From a virus, in the IMG/VR virus record IMGVR_UViG_3300038701_001713: a stretch of DNA of 64,000 nucleotides; one strand, written 5' to 3'. Position 1 is the first letter of the stretch; each line of letters begins with the position of its first letter. The notes beneath the pieces were generated by a model, which saw only the letters and a list, made by a program, of their open reading frames with translations, was not told where the DNA came from and ran no database searches. This document shows positions 16,999 to 27,344 of this stretch, piece by piece. The position numbers and the translations under genes were made by a program.

Positions 16999-17312
16999 GG
17001 TTCTCCTTTAGTGTCTGGGAATAACGATTCCAATGCAGCATTAACAACATCTGTTCTAATTAGGTTAATGTACTTATTAAGTTGACTTCCCTTAAAAGGA
17101 ATGACCATCTGCACTTCTTCTGCGGAGTTTATTGATTTATCGTCATAAAACCTAACACTTAAGTTAAGTGTCTCTCGCTCAAAATCAAAAGCAACGTTTG
17201 ACACACTTATGTAACCTCCTTTCTTTTGCCTAGTGGTGAAGTCTGGGTTTAATGGGTCTGAATTACTTTTAGGGATATTTATAACTCCTTTGATTTCTTT
17301 AAACTCTCTCAT
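16986..17312 (-). CDS. hypothetical protein
   Basis: 108 aa between fibre gene and endolysin. Confidence 0.55.
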   Translation of the reverse strand: MREFKEIKGVINIPKSNSDPLNPDFTTRQKKGGYISVSNVAFDFERETLNLSVRFYDDKSINSAEEVQMVIPFKGSQLNKYINLIRTDVVNAALESLFPDTKGEPWQS

Positions 17313-18268
17313 TAATAATGTCTTCTTATGTATATGTAATTAGCCGTCAGCCCCCTGTTACGCTCCCCTAAACTACTTGAGCTAGTTGGATTGGCTGCTG
17401 TTTTAAACGTTGCTGGTGATGCTACTTGCCCACTCTCCGAAGTCCATAAGTTAGCGGAAGTAATACTAATAGGACTGAAATTCAAATTAGAACCCCCTCC
17501 CCCATCTCTCCTAAACAAAAGAGAATACACATAAGCATTAGGAACATACCAATCCGTGTAAGTTTCGGAACCAACTGTTATGCTGGCTGATTGAGAATTA
17601 GCTATTGCATCTTCCCATATATCAACTCCCTGTACGGTTAAGTAAAAACCTATACCATATAAGTGGTTTATAGCGTAATTATTTCCATACACCTGCAATC
17701 CATCTTCATCTGTCCATACATTAGTGTTGCCGAAAGCATTAAGTGTTGTGCCTAATAAAGTATCATTGTTCGATGGTAATGGGGTTATACCTAATACGGT
17801 TCTATCCCAAATATTGTTAGTCACCTGCCACCTAGCGTCACCAACTGCGTATTGAGTGGTGTTTTCAGGGAATGGTATTGGAATATACCCTATCCCTAAA
17901 GCAGTTGCTGTGTAATCTTTTACAGAAGGCCATGAGACTTCACTCCCACTTTCTAAAGTAATGGTTATATCTGGTAACGGAAAAGGTGAGTCGGCTGGAG
18001 TTAATGTTTGAGTATAAGTACTGTCAGAGTTAGCTATTTGTATAGAGCTTTCTCCGCTATCAAAAAAAGAATACACCACATCAGCTAATGACTGGGCTGA
18101 ATCATATCCTTCTTTAGTGTAGTTTATAAAAACAGGGTCGCCTTCCGTTAAAAGTATTTTAACACCACTATTTTCTATAGATAAAGATATGAAGTTGTCT
18201 TTGAATATCTGACGGTCTTGGTTATCTTCTCTTAGAACTATTAATTTTTCATAATTAATTAATGCCAT
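17312..18268 (-). CDS. tail/receptor-binding protein with DUF1566 (C-type-lectin-like) C-terminal domain
   Basis: WEDA...YTDWYVPN...LWTSES...YIYIRRHY pattern. Confidence 0.6.
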   Translation of the reverse strand: MALINYEKLIVLREDNQDRQIFKDNFISLSIENSGVKILLTEGDPVFINYTKEGYDSAQSLADVVYSFFDSGESSIQIANSDSTYTQTLTPADSPFPLPDITITLESGSEVSWPSVKDYTATALGIGYIPIPFPENTTQYAVGDARWQVTNNIWDRTVLGITPLPSNNDTLLGTTLNAFGNTNVWTDEDGLQVYGNNYAINHLYGIGFYLTVQGVDIWEDAIANSQSASITVGSETYTDWYVPNAYVYSLLFRRDGGGGSNLNFSPISITSANLWTSESGQVASPATFKTAANPTSSSSLGERNRGLTANYIYIRRHY

Positions 18269-18410
18269 TGTGTTCCTAACGTATCGACTCTTGTCGTGTC
18301 TAAATGCAGTTGCAGTTGCTCTAACTTATACTCTATTGAATTAAGCTTACAATGTATCACATCACAGGAATCTGTTGGGGTTGTTTGAAGTAATATGAAT
18401 ATCAATAAAC

Positions 18411-18683
18411 TCAATTTGTCAAACTTCTTTCAATCCTATCAATACCTTCTTCAATATTTCCCAATTGGGTTTGCAGCTTACCAAACTCTACCGCTTGTTT
18501 ATTAAAAGCGTTTGTGTTAGCCCTGACCTCAATCTTAAGAGCGTTGTTTGATTCTTTTAAAGATGATATTTCATTGTTGTTTGTAAATACCATTATATAT
18601 GCTGGGGATACGGTGGTGATTACGGCAAGTAAAATACCCAATAGTTTTAAAACGTCTTGATTTGTCCATTTTCCATTATCCAT
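18411..18683 (-). CDS. holin-like membrane protein
   Basis: One TM plus coiled coil; lysis region. Confidence 0.45.
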   Translation of the reverse strand: MDNGKWTNQDVLKLLGILLAVITTVSPAYIMVFTNNNEISSLKESNNALKIEVRANTNAFNKQAVEFGKLQTQLGNIEEGIDRIERSLTN

Positions 18684-18924
18684 AGATGATACTGTATAGT
18701 TCTCTTATTAACCAAATTAATCCCAATGTTATAACCATTCCTATATAACTCACTACATCAACGCTGTGGTAAGCTAAATACAGTGTGCCTACTATTAGCT
18801 TAATAAGCCCCAGTCTTCTGCTAGAGGGGTATTTTTGCCCAGTCTTCAACACCCCGCCTAAGTAGCCAAATAAAACAGCTAATGGGTATGATAATATTTT
18901 AAGCGTCTTTTTTAACGTCTCCAT
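18676..18924 (-). CDS. small multi-TM membrane protein (holin candidate)
   Basis: Three hydrophobic segments. Confidence 0.45.
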   Translation of the reverse strand: METLKKTLKILSYPLAVLFGYLGGVLKTGQKYPSSRRLGLIKLIVGTLYLAYHSVDVVSYIGMVITLGLIWLIRELYSIIYG

Positions 18925-19174
18925 TTGCCTTGAGTGTGAATATCTCTCCTAACTTGTTCTTACTCATTGCTCCTATTCCAAAAATAGATATACCCACAAC
19001 AGAGAACACTAGCATCTCATCTGGTTTATATACTGTGTTGTTGGCTTGTTTTACAACCATAAAGCATAAAAGAGCTACGGCAACATAAGTCACTAAACCC
19101 TTCCTTGATGTCTTGCCGTCAGAGTCTTCAAAAAACCCAGCGAACCACCTAACTATTTTTGTTAAAGTCTCCAT
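18899..19174 (-). CDS. two-TM holin-like protein
   Basis: Likely start METLTK; DGKTSRKGLV plus two TMs. Confidence 0.5.
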   Translation of the reverse strand: METLTKIVRWFAGFFEDSDGKTSRKGLVTYVAVALLCFMVVKQANNTVYKPDEMLVFSVVGISIFGIGAMSKNKLGEIFTLKANGDVKKDA

Positions 19175-19175
19175 G

Positions 19176-19469
19176 TTACATTTTGAATAAATCGAATAGA
19201 ATGTATTGGTCGAAATCTTGGTCCACGTAAGCCGCCTCATAATCACCTGAAATGGTTACAACTTGTTCTAGTTCGTTCACTGGCTCTAAGTACAACCAAT
19301 CTCCTTCTGGGTCTAATTCAGGTTCTGCTACATCCGAAACCTCTAGTCTTTTAATGTAGGTTTTACTTGTTGGTAAGTGGATTAATACCTTTACTGTTCC
19401 TAATGGAATCTTGAATTGTAAAGAATGGTCTTGTGTTCTAATTTCTGTTCTTACTGTTTTGAATGACAT
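19176..19469 (-). CDS. hypothetical protein
   Basis: 97-aa ORF. Confidence 0.5.
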   Translation of the reverse strand: MSFKTVRTEIRTQDHSLQFKIPLGTVKVLIHLPTSKTYIKRLEVSDVAEPELDPEGDWLYLEPVNELEQVVTISGDYEAAYVDQDFDQYILFDLFKM

Positions 19470-19479
19470 GATTAGGGTT

Positions 19480-20640
19480 TTATAGTTTTATTCTTAGTTG
19501 ATTACCGACACGGTACACATCACCCGTAGCGAGGCCGCTAGTGTCTGTTGGTGGTAAAGGGTCAAATGTTAATTCAGTAGTGGTTATCTGTGTAGCATCT
19601 AAGTTATTTGCATTCAAATTAAACCTGTTTCCAGCGGTTGTGCCGCCAATAGTGTAAGTGGTTAAGCTATCAATAGGTAAGATGGATTTTATTCTAACCC
19701 GTTCAGCATCCACAGTAAGCTGATTTTTAGGCTGTATAAATATTTCGCCATCTGTCGTTTGCAGATAGATGTTTTCAATTCCGCTTTCGTCACGTATTTC
19801 TATATTAGCTTTCCTAAGACCTGCACTATCGGCAAATATACCCGCCTTATTACCTGCGTCTATTAAGTTTCCTGTTATAAACTGCTGCGTACCGTTGGTG
19901 CTTACCATGCCTACGCCTGTGTAACTAGCCAAACCTAACTTTTCTTTTCTAACAGCTATGGAGTATTGTGCGCTATCCACTTGAAAAGAACCAGCTATCT
20001 GTAAAGTTCTTGCTGGGTTGGTGATACCTATACCTACGTTGCCTATTGCCCTGTAAATATTAGAACCACTTAAATCCCAGTATGCCGTGTCATAACCAAT
20101 TATAGAGTTGGGTGAAAGTACGTTAACATAAACTGAATCGGGACGTAAACTAGAAGTGCCTATATCATGGGTGTTGTTAGCACTCGGAATTAAATCTCCA
20201 TTAAACACTAAACTACTATCCGATGTTCGGATGGCTAATCCAGCGGCACCGTTCAATATATTTAAGTTAATTCCAAAACTATCTACCTTAGCTTCATTAG
20301 TCACTCCAACCAGACTCCCCCAATAAATCCTTGACTCTGCGCCCGAACCAAGATTACCTTGAAACAACCCACCCTGCCCACCTCCTAATGGAGCGTAGAA
20401 TAGTAATTGTCCAGATATACCAAAACCTAATAAGTCATCACTCATTAAAAGTGACTTATATCCACTAGAAGATTGACCTATAATCCTAGCGGTCCAAGTG
20501 CTGTCGTAGGAAACATCAATTCCAGCAACAGGTGTCGCCACCACACCTATAGGACCAGTAAATCTAGTTGATGTTTGCTCTCTCTGTGAGAAGACAAATA
20601 AACTAATTGATAGTAGAAATATTGTAAATAATGTTCTCAT
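19480..20640 (-). CDS. tail-fibre-like protein
   Basis: GNVGIGITNPARTLQIAG and LIPSANNTHDIGTSSLR fibre repeats; hydrophobic N-terminus. Confidence 0.6.
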   Translation of the reverse strand: MRTLFTIFLLSISLFVFSQREQTSTRFTGPIGVVATPVAGIDVSYDSTWTARIIGQSSSGYKSLLMSDDLLGFGISGQLLFYAPLGGGQGGLFQGNLGSGAESRIYWGSLVGVTNEAKVDSFGINLNILNGAAGLAIRTSDSSLVFNGDLIPSANNTHDIGTSSLRPDSVYVNVLSPNSIIGYDTAYWDLSGSNIYRAIGNVGIGITNPARTLQIAGSFQVDSAQYSIAVRKEKLGLASYTGVGMVSTNGTQQFITGNLIDAGNKAGIFADSAGLRKANIEIRDESGIENIYLQTTDGEIFIQPKNQLTVDAERVRIKSILPIDSLTTYTIGGTTAGNRFNLNANNLDATQITTTELTFDPLPPTDTSGLATGDVYRVGNQLRIKL

Positions 20641-20906
20641 CCGAATACTACTGATGTATATGTTCCGTTAGTAAATCCTGTTAAATCAACGCTTATGTTA
20701 TTTGCGTCCGTAATAGTGATTAGTGGTGTTGCTTCCTGACTAGATGGGTCGTAAATAGCTACTTCTATAGCTGATGTGTTAAGCCCGTGGTTATGGGTAA
20801 ACACTTGGTTTACGTCTGTCTTTGAGAAAGTAGTGGTATCTTTTACCACAGTTCCACTGCCGCCACCGCCACCGCTAGTAGCTCCTTTATATTGTGATAC
20901 GCCCAT
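20637..20906 (-). CDS. small virion/fibre-associated protein
   Basis: Gly run, THNHGLNT motif typical of fibre-associated domains. Confidence 0.5.
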   Translation of the reverse strand: MGVSQYKGATSGGGGGSGTVVKDTTTFSKTDVNQVFTHNHGLNTSAIEVAIYDPSSQEATPLITITDANNISVDLTGFTNGTYTSVVFG

Positions 20907-21397
20907 TATTTCTGTTCGATTACTTTAAGTGAAGTTCCTGTGCCGTCTATAGTGTAGGCATCCAGATAGTTGAATGAATGACCTCCTTTATAGATTATGC
21001 CTTCACTATTATCTATATCTGTTGGCTCTATGGTCACACCGTCAAATGTTCCGTTTGACGCACCTTGGTTGAGTACAGATACGCCTACTAGGTTTCCTGT
21101 TACTATTTGATAGTTTTGGGAGGCGGCACCAGTAGCGTCACCATCTATTTTCAAAATCTGTTTTTGAGGCACTATACCTATAACCCTAAATAACGTAGCG
21201 TCTGTTTCCAAGTATATCCAAATAGAGCTTTTTTGTCGGTTGGATTTAGCTATTTGAAATTCGGATATAAATGTTGCTTCGGTACTGGATGATATTACTA
21301 TTGTGCTTACATCATTTGAATCTACCGCTGCTGTTCCTGTGCCAGAAACTCCTTCTGGAACGGTTGATGCTGATGTTACGGTTCTTCTGTTCTCCAT
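20906..21397 (-). CDS. putative virion protein
   Basis: 163 aa in structural operon. Confidence 0.5.
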   Translation of the reverse strand: MENRRTVTSASTVPEGVSGTGTAAVDSNDVSTIVISSSTEATFISEFQIAKSNRQKSSIWIYLETDATLFRVIGIVPQKQILKIDGDATGAASQNYQIVTGNLVGVSVLNQGASNGTFDGVTIEPTDIDNSEGIIYKGGHSFNYLDAYTIDGTGTSLKVIEQK

Positions 21398-21431
21398 GTT
21401 TTATATAACGTTGATATTAGTTATTTAATTC

Positions 21432-24400
21432 CTACTTAAATCTATTATTACCAAACCTATCGTTCTTAAATCTATCACCTCCGAACCTATCGTATTTCTT
21501 TGTTTGAGGTTTAGGTTTAGACTCTTTATAATCCTTGAACTGCTCTCTTAGTATTAGGTTTCTTATGGTTTTAGGGAACGGTGCGCCAGCGATTTCCATG
21601 AAATATTCTGGTAATATTCTTTGGGTAAGCTCTCTAGCTTTTTTATCTCTAGTAGATTGTTTTTTCGCTGTATTGTATGAATATACTAATTCTGCCGCTC
21701 TAGTAGATGTCTTGGCTATTTTATTGTAAGAACCCATAAATTTAGGGAGTATCTTACTTAACTTGTAGTCGTATGCGTCACCATCAACGGGGAATGTACT
21801 AAACACAACCCCGTCCTTATACCCATCATAATCACCATCTCTTAAACCTAAATCCTCTCCAAACTCCGCATTAAGTTTTTCAACCGCAAACGATAAAGGC
21901 ACTTTAGCTACGTTACCCAGTCTTCTAAATAATATTGCGCTTATTATAGAACCAGCAAACCCTTGTTTAAGTTGCTCTGACCATTCATACTCCTCATCTT
22001 TAGCTTCATCATCAAAACCTTCTACGAATAATCCAATACCACTTTCTATTAAACCTAGTATTCCATTTGTAATTATACCCAAGAATGCCTGATAAACGGT
22101 CATTCTAGCTATTGTTGCCATCATTAGGGTAGAGGCTTCGGTTTTTGTTAATTCGTTTCTACCCACCATTCCTTCAATAGCATCAACCATGGATTGAAAT
22201 TCAAACCTTTGGAATCTAGTCATATATTTATCGAACTTACCCCATATACCATCATTTGTTGTAACCTGTGAAGATAACACTCCCTCATAAGGGTTTAATG
22301 TAGAAAGCCCTTGCGATAAAACAGCATCAGCCCTATCTCTCGCCATCTTTATCTGGGTAGAGTATTCTTCTTTGTAATTAGGGTCGTTATTGAATTTATC
22401 TATATCAAAATCCTTACCTGTTTTGTCTTTAAAATCTCTCATAAAACTCCCAATCCAAAGCGGTCGTGATAACGCTTGGTCTGGGTAAGCCATTAATCCG
22501 TTATTAATAGCTTGTATTCCCTTATCTAGACTTAAACCAACTTTCTTAGCCCACTTTATTGGGCGACTGGCGTTTATTTCATTGACTACGCTGCTTGCGA
22601 ATTTCTTACCTCCCCCCTGCTCTTGCATAATGCTCTGGGAAGAATTAAACATCCTGTCAAATTGAGCAGAGTCCAAATCCCTTACTAAGTCCTTTATTCT
22701 AGAAAAACTTTTGTTTTTATTATATTCTTTTGTCAATACCGATAACCCTACTCCAGTATCTGCTGGTCTAGCGGTTAATGCCCAAGCAACATTTGAACCT
22801 AACTCTGTTACACTTCTTTCAATAGACCCTAAGTCTGCCGCATAACCTAACCTACTTATTCTATCAAGTAACGCGTATTTTGTGTAGTACTCGTTTATGA
22901 AATTGTTCTTAGTAACTTCATTTAAAGTATTGTTAACAGCCTTCAAGAAGTCCTTACCCTCTGCATCCATATCAGATGAAAGCATCTTATTAATACCCCT
23001 TGAGGCGGTCCGTAAAGGCTCTCTCAAATAGTAATCCAATAACGTCCCCTTTATGCCTTTTTCAAAGTTATCGGCAAAGTTTAAGTATATAGGTTGGGCT
23101 TGTCCATCTCTCTGTATTAAATTACCAGAAGCTGTTGTTGCATTTATATTTTTATCTGATGCAAAATTTGTCCCTGCCGCCTTTATTTCGCCTAACTCTG
23201 AACGTTCTGTTAGCTTAACTGATGTAGGTGTGTAGAATTGCCTAATAGTTACGTTATCTCCGTTTCTTAAAGCTGATATTCTTGCTTTTTCTTGGTTATC
23301 AGCAAATGTTTGCTCAACAAAATCAAATACATCTTTCTCTGCTTGGGTAAGTTTTTTGTACTGTTTCACATAATTAAACTCACCGTTCTTCAGCATTTCT
23401 TCATATATTTTCACATACTCATTAGCTAAAGGTCTGTATTTATCATCATCCTTAGCCGCTTTCTTTATCTCTTCAATGTAATTTTTTAATGGAGATACTT
23501 CTTTATTGTTCGGGTTGGACGCATGTTCTTTATCCATTGCGATAAGTTGTAACTTAACCATGGACTCTTCGGGATTTTTTAACTTCTTTACTTTTTTGTT
23601 AAAATCATCCTGTATTTTCTTATAGGAAGTGGAGTACTTTTCGTAAGCTAAACTTATTGGTTGTATGAGTGTTTTGTAAAGCACGGTTCCTTTAGTGCCT
23701 TTGAGCATTGAATCAATCCTGTTTAAAGGAATGTTTTTAACATAGTCAACTAATTTATCGGACTTTGCTTTAAAAGGGTTAAAGAAGTCCCTTAATAAAG
23801 TCTTAAATTTTCTATCATTTATAACTGGGGCTACTACCTCTTGTATCCTATTGGCTTTAACTGTTCTTATAACGTCTGCCGTCTTTCCCGAAAATCCATA
23901 CCCTTCCCTCATGTTATATAAGGCTTGGGTTATTTCCGCTATTTCAGATGCTGATAGGTTTTCTAGGTCAGAATCCCTTATAGACATCAATGTGTCGTAA
24001 TCATCCTTGTAATCGGGATGTGGTTTGCCTTTTTGTTTTTGGGCTTTCTTAAAGTTAGCTACCTCAATGGTTTTATCTTGGGGTTTACTTTCTTTAGGGG
24101 TTTCTGTTGTTTCTTCTTTTTGCTTTATAGCAATGTCCTCAAACTTCTTTACGGAGTTGATGTTTTCTTTTGGGGAGTATGGTTTTGAGTTCAAATCTTC
24201 CAACCAACCATTGAAATCATTTAATTCCGTTTGAGATAATTTTCTAGGGTCTAATGAAAGAGCGTTTCTCATAGAGCCATTGTCCACGCCAAAGTAATTG
24301 TTTTTTAATCGCTTTTTGGATTTGGTTTGTTGTTTTTTGGCGGTAGATAATTCCGTTGTGTAGTTGGAATTGTCGATAACTTTTTCTGCGTATTTTAAGA

Positions 24401-27344
24401 AATTAGACTGCTGTGTAGGGGTTGCTGCTTTAGCCGCGCCTTCAATAAGCGATTTCTGTTGTGCTTTTGTTAGTTGACCTTTTGCTCCTTTGACTATTGC
24501 CTTTACACCTTCTGCGAAAGATTTAGCTTCCTTAACCACATCAGCCCGACCTTCTCTTATACCACGAGCATAGTTTCTTATCCTGTCTTTCAACATGGCT
24601 TTTTCAGAAACCTGCTTCTTTGGTGTTGTTGGTATTTTACCTTCTGTGGCTTGCTTTATTTTTTTCTTAACACCCGTTTTGTTTTTAGGTGCTTCCGTAA
24701 TACCCATTTCTTTCGCTACCCTTTTACGGGTTGCGGCTTCATATTGTTTTGGCAGCGTAAACTCGCCTTTATCATCTATTCCAAACTTACTATAAAAGTC
24801 TTTCTCTTTAAATTTATCTAAGTCTTCTGGTTTAGCGTTAGAGCGTATGTAATCTAATCCTTTTTTAACTGCATCTACGGTTATTTCAGCACCCTCTACG
24901 GCTGTAGCAACAACCTCTACTGCGCCATTGTAAACAGCAATAGGAAGTCCAGCGGTCGCATCTAATGCTTTACCCTTAGTGTCTATCTTAAGGTTGCGTA
25001 TTTGGTCGGAAAGTTTGACTGGCTTTACGTCTTTAGCCATTGAGGTGCCTTCCCTATATTTATATACCTTACCTCCTTCTTTGTGGATTATAGTGTCACC
25101 TACTTTAACACCCGTCTTTTTTAAGCCCATTTGAGTGAACGTAACAGGTGTACCCTTCTTGATTTCCTCTACAGCTTTCGGTTCTTCAATCTCCTCTTGC
25201 GTTTCTTCTACCTTTTCTGTAGCTATGGTTTCTTTGGGTTTTTCTGTAGTAGAAGAGGCTTCTTCTTTTGTTGGTATTTCCGTTTTTTCTTGCTTAACAA
25301 TTGGTTGCTCAACTTCTTGAACAATAAGCTCTTCTACAACCTCTTCTTTTTTCCCGTCTTGTAGCTCTGTTTTGTCGAGCTTTGGCAAATCTTTATCGCT
25401 GATACGGTCGACTTCTTCTTCTTTACTTTGTTCACGCACCGCTTCACCTTGCTGTTCTTTGGCATCTTCTTTTGGTTTTATTCTGCTGTTTATTATCTCC
25501 TTGGAGGCACCACTTAGTTCTGCTGTTTTTACTTCTTCTTCTAGCTGGGTGCTTAATCGCTCACTTACAACCTCATCTACCGCAGTAGGTAATTCCTCTG
25601 CTATCTCTTTATCTATTTGACTAACTTGATTCTCTAAAGCTTGAGCTATCTGCTGTGGCTGTCCTTTTGATAAATCTTCTTGAATAGCATCCTTTTGAGT
25701 TCTTAAGTCATTCAGTTTTTCATTAGAGAACATACTTGATGAAACTACAGCGTCTGGGTCTTGCTGTAATTCGTTTCCTAACCTAATTAATTCATCTGCC
25801 TTATCTGATAGTTCGGGGGTTATGTCTGGCTTACTACGGAGTGTCATTCCCAAACTATTCATTGCAGCACCTAATAAAAACCCAGCAGCACCGCCTTCTG
25901 CAACTCCTGAAATTATTTCTCTACCCTCGTCATAAGTTTGTTGGGCGGTAAAGTTTGTTAATCCTTGTTGGAATATCTCTTGAGTAGCTTCTTCTAAACC
26001 ACCCGTAAATCCTTCGGTTATTAACTTGGGTACACTATTTGGAAGTACTTTGTTAAGTTTGTTGAAAAACGAAGCAATAGGAATGGCTTCTGTGGTACCA
26101 ATAGCCATATTGTATTTAAAAGCATCCCAAGCTTTGTCGGGGTCGCCTGTTTCAGCTAGTGCTTGTTCGTACTCTTGTGAACCTAAAGATGTAGAACCAA
26201 GTAATAATGTGCCGTTGTTGAATGTGGTGTTTGCAAGGGTTTTCCCTAACATTGGAATTTTACTGACTTGCGAGGGTAGCTTACTCGCACCGCCACCCAT
26301 TCCTCCAACGGCAAATGATAACAATGTACCTGCGCCTGATGGTAGGGTGCTTTTTAAGAAAGAGTCTTGGTATTCAGAACTGGTAGGAAATAAGTCTTCC
26401 GCAAATTCATCCATGGCCTTACCAGCTTGATAACTAACATAATCATCAACTACCTTTTCTTTTTGTTCTTCCTTAACTAACCAATCAGGGCTTACATCAT
26501 CTAGTTTGTCTGCAAGTATAGCTACTGACTTAGGTATTCCAGCAAACCCTTTAATGAAAGATTGTCCTATAGAATTTAATACCTGTGTGGAGGTTGGGTT
26601 TAATATTGCGGAAGGAGATGAGTTAAACGCTCTATCTTGGTCTGTCTCTGTAAATTCTTGATTTACCCTATTGTAAAAAGACTCTGCTGTATTAGGGTCG
26701 TTAAGTATTTCTACCTTATGCTCCCCGTTTATAAATTGAAGTATAAAATCATCCTTACTTGCTTCTTGCGCAAATTCTTTTTCTGTTAGTTTACGTCCGT
26801 TAATGTTATAACTAGGTGGTTCTAAATTAGGTTTAGCGGATGCGGTATCTGGTTCTTTGTAGCTTAATACAGATTGACCTTGTACTTGCTCTATTGGTTT
26901 TTGAGCTTCGCTTGGAGCGGATAAATTACCTAAATTGGGTGGTCTTAATGCTGTGGTTTGACCCGTGGGTTTGCCAACGGGGAATGTTTGATTAGTGGCA
27001 GTGAACGGGGATATTCCATCCGTTATAATGTCATTAGGCTGTTGAGGTGATTGTACACTTCCAGTGCTTTGAACAGGTTTACTCGAAGTAGATTGGGCTT
27101 CTGAACCTGATGGTTTTCCAGATTCGGTAGATGGGGTTGGTGTAGATTTTTTTTTTAAACCTAACTCACTAGAAAAAGCGTCATAGCTCTCTGGTACTTG
27201 TATCCCCTCTTGTTTTAAATACTTGTAAAATTGCTGTGAGGTATTGTCATCTTGCATACCTTTAGCAAAAGCATTATAATCAGGAGGTACACTAACACCT
27301 TCTTGCTTAGAGTAATCGTATAACTGTTTTAGTTTATCGTCCAC
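21432..27344 (-). CDS. large internal virion/DNA ejection protein (1970 aa)
   Basis: Position after two smaller ejection-type genes; Gly/Ala-rich hydrophobic helices, charged linker, helical C-terminus. Confidence 0.7.
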   Translation of the reverse strand: MDDKLKQLYDYSKQEGVSVPPDYNAFAKGMQDDNTSQQFYKYLKQEGIQVPESYDAFSSELGLKKKSTPTPSTESGKPSGSEAQSTSSKPVQSTGSVQSPQQPNDIITDGISPFTATNQTFPVGKPTGQTTALRPPNLGNLSAPSEAQKPIEQVQGQSVLSYKEPDTASAKPNLEPPSYNINGRKLTEKEFAQEASKDDFILQFINGEHKVEILNDPNTAESFYNRVNQEFTETDQDRAFNSSPSAILNPTSTQVLNSIGQSFIKGFAGIPKSVAILADKLDDVSPDWLVKEEQKEKVVDDYVSYQAGKAMDEFAEDLFPTSSEYQDSFLKSTLPSGAGTLLSFAVGGMGGGASKLPSQVSKIPMLGKTLANTTFNNGTLLLGSTSLGSQEYEQALAETGDPDKAWDAFKYNMAIGTTEAIPIASFFNKLNKVLPNSVPKLITEGFTGGLEEATQEIFQQGLTNFTAQQTYDEGREIISGVAEGGAAGFLLGAAMNSLGMTLRSKPDITPELSDKADELIRLGNELQQDPDAVVSSSMFSNEKLNDLRTQKDAIQEDLSKGQPQQIAQALENQVSQIDKEIAEELPTAVDEVVSERLSTQLEEEVKTAELSGASKEIINSRIKPKEDAKEQQGEAVREQSKEEEVDRISDKDLPKLDKTELQDGKKEEVVEELIVQEVEQPIVKQEKTEIPTKEEASSTTEKPKETIATEKVEETQEEIEEPKAVEEIKKGTPVTFTQMGLKKTGVKVGDTIIHKEGGKVYKYREGTSMAKDVKPVKLSDQIRNLKIDTKGKALDATAGLPIAVYNGAVEVVATAVEGAEITVDAVKKGLDYIRSNAKPEDLDKFKEKDFYSKFGIDDKGEFTLPKQYEAATRKRVAKEMGITEAPKNKTGVKKKIKQATEGKIPTTPKKQVSEKAMLKDRIRNYARGIREGRADVVKEAKSFAEGVKAIVKGAKGQLTKAQQKSLIEGAAKAATPTQQSNFLKYAEKVIDNSNYTTELSTAKKQQTKSKKRLKNNYFGVDNGSMRNALSLDPRKLSQTELNDFNGWLEDLNSKPYSPKENINSVKKFEDIAIKQKEETTETPKESKPQDKTIEVANFKKAQKQKGKPHPDYKDDYDTLMSIRDSDLENLSASEIAEITQALYNMREGYGFSGKTADVIRTVKANRIQEVVAPVINDRKFKTLLRDFFNPFKAKSDKLVDYVKNIPLNRIDSMLKGTKGTVLYKTLIQPISLAYEKYSTSYKKIQDDFNKKVKKLKNPEESMVKLQLIAMDKEHASNPNNKEVSPLKNYIEEIKKAAKDDDKYRPLANEYVKIYEEMLKNGEFNYVKQYKKLTQAEKDVFDFVEQTFADNQEKARISALRNGDNVTIRQFYTPTSVKLTERSELGEIKAAGTNFASDKNINATTASGNLIQRDGQAQPIYLNFADNFEKGIKGTLLDYYLREPLRTASRGINKMLSSDMDAEGKDFLKAVNNTLNEVTKNNFINEYYTKYALLDRISRLGYAADLGSIERSVTELGSNVAWALTARPADTGVGLSVLTKEYNKNKSFSRIKDLVRDLDSAQFDRMFNSSQSIMQEQGGGKKFASSVVNEINASRPIKWAKKVGLSLDKGIQAINNGLMAYPDQALSRPLWIGSFMRDFKDKTGKDFDIDKFNNDPNYKEEYSTQIKMARDRADAVLSQGLSTLNPYEGVLSSQVTTNDGIWGKFDKYMTRFQRFEFQSMVDAIEGMVGRNELTKTEASTLMMATIARMTVYQAFLGIITNGILGLIESGIGLFVEGFDDEAKDEEYEWSEQLKQGFAGSIISAILFRRLGNVAKVPLSFAVEKLNAEFGEDLGLRDGDYDGYKDGVVFSTFPVDGDAYDYKLSKILPKFMGSYNKIAKTSTRAAELVYSYNTAKKQSTRDKKARELTQRILPEYFMEIAGAPFPKTIRNLILREQFKDYKESKPKPQTKKYDRFGGDRFKNDRFGNNRFK

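Noticed and set aside
22395-22418. GKDFDIDK in the 1970-aa ejection protein matches the crAss-like virion RNA polymerase catalytic motif DFDID
   Set aside because: It lies in a helical, charged context with no recognisable double-psi beta-barrel motifs, so it is probably coincidental; a structure prediction/Foldseek hit to phi14:2 gp66 would overturn this.
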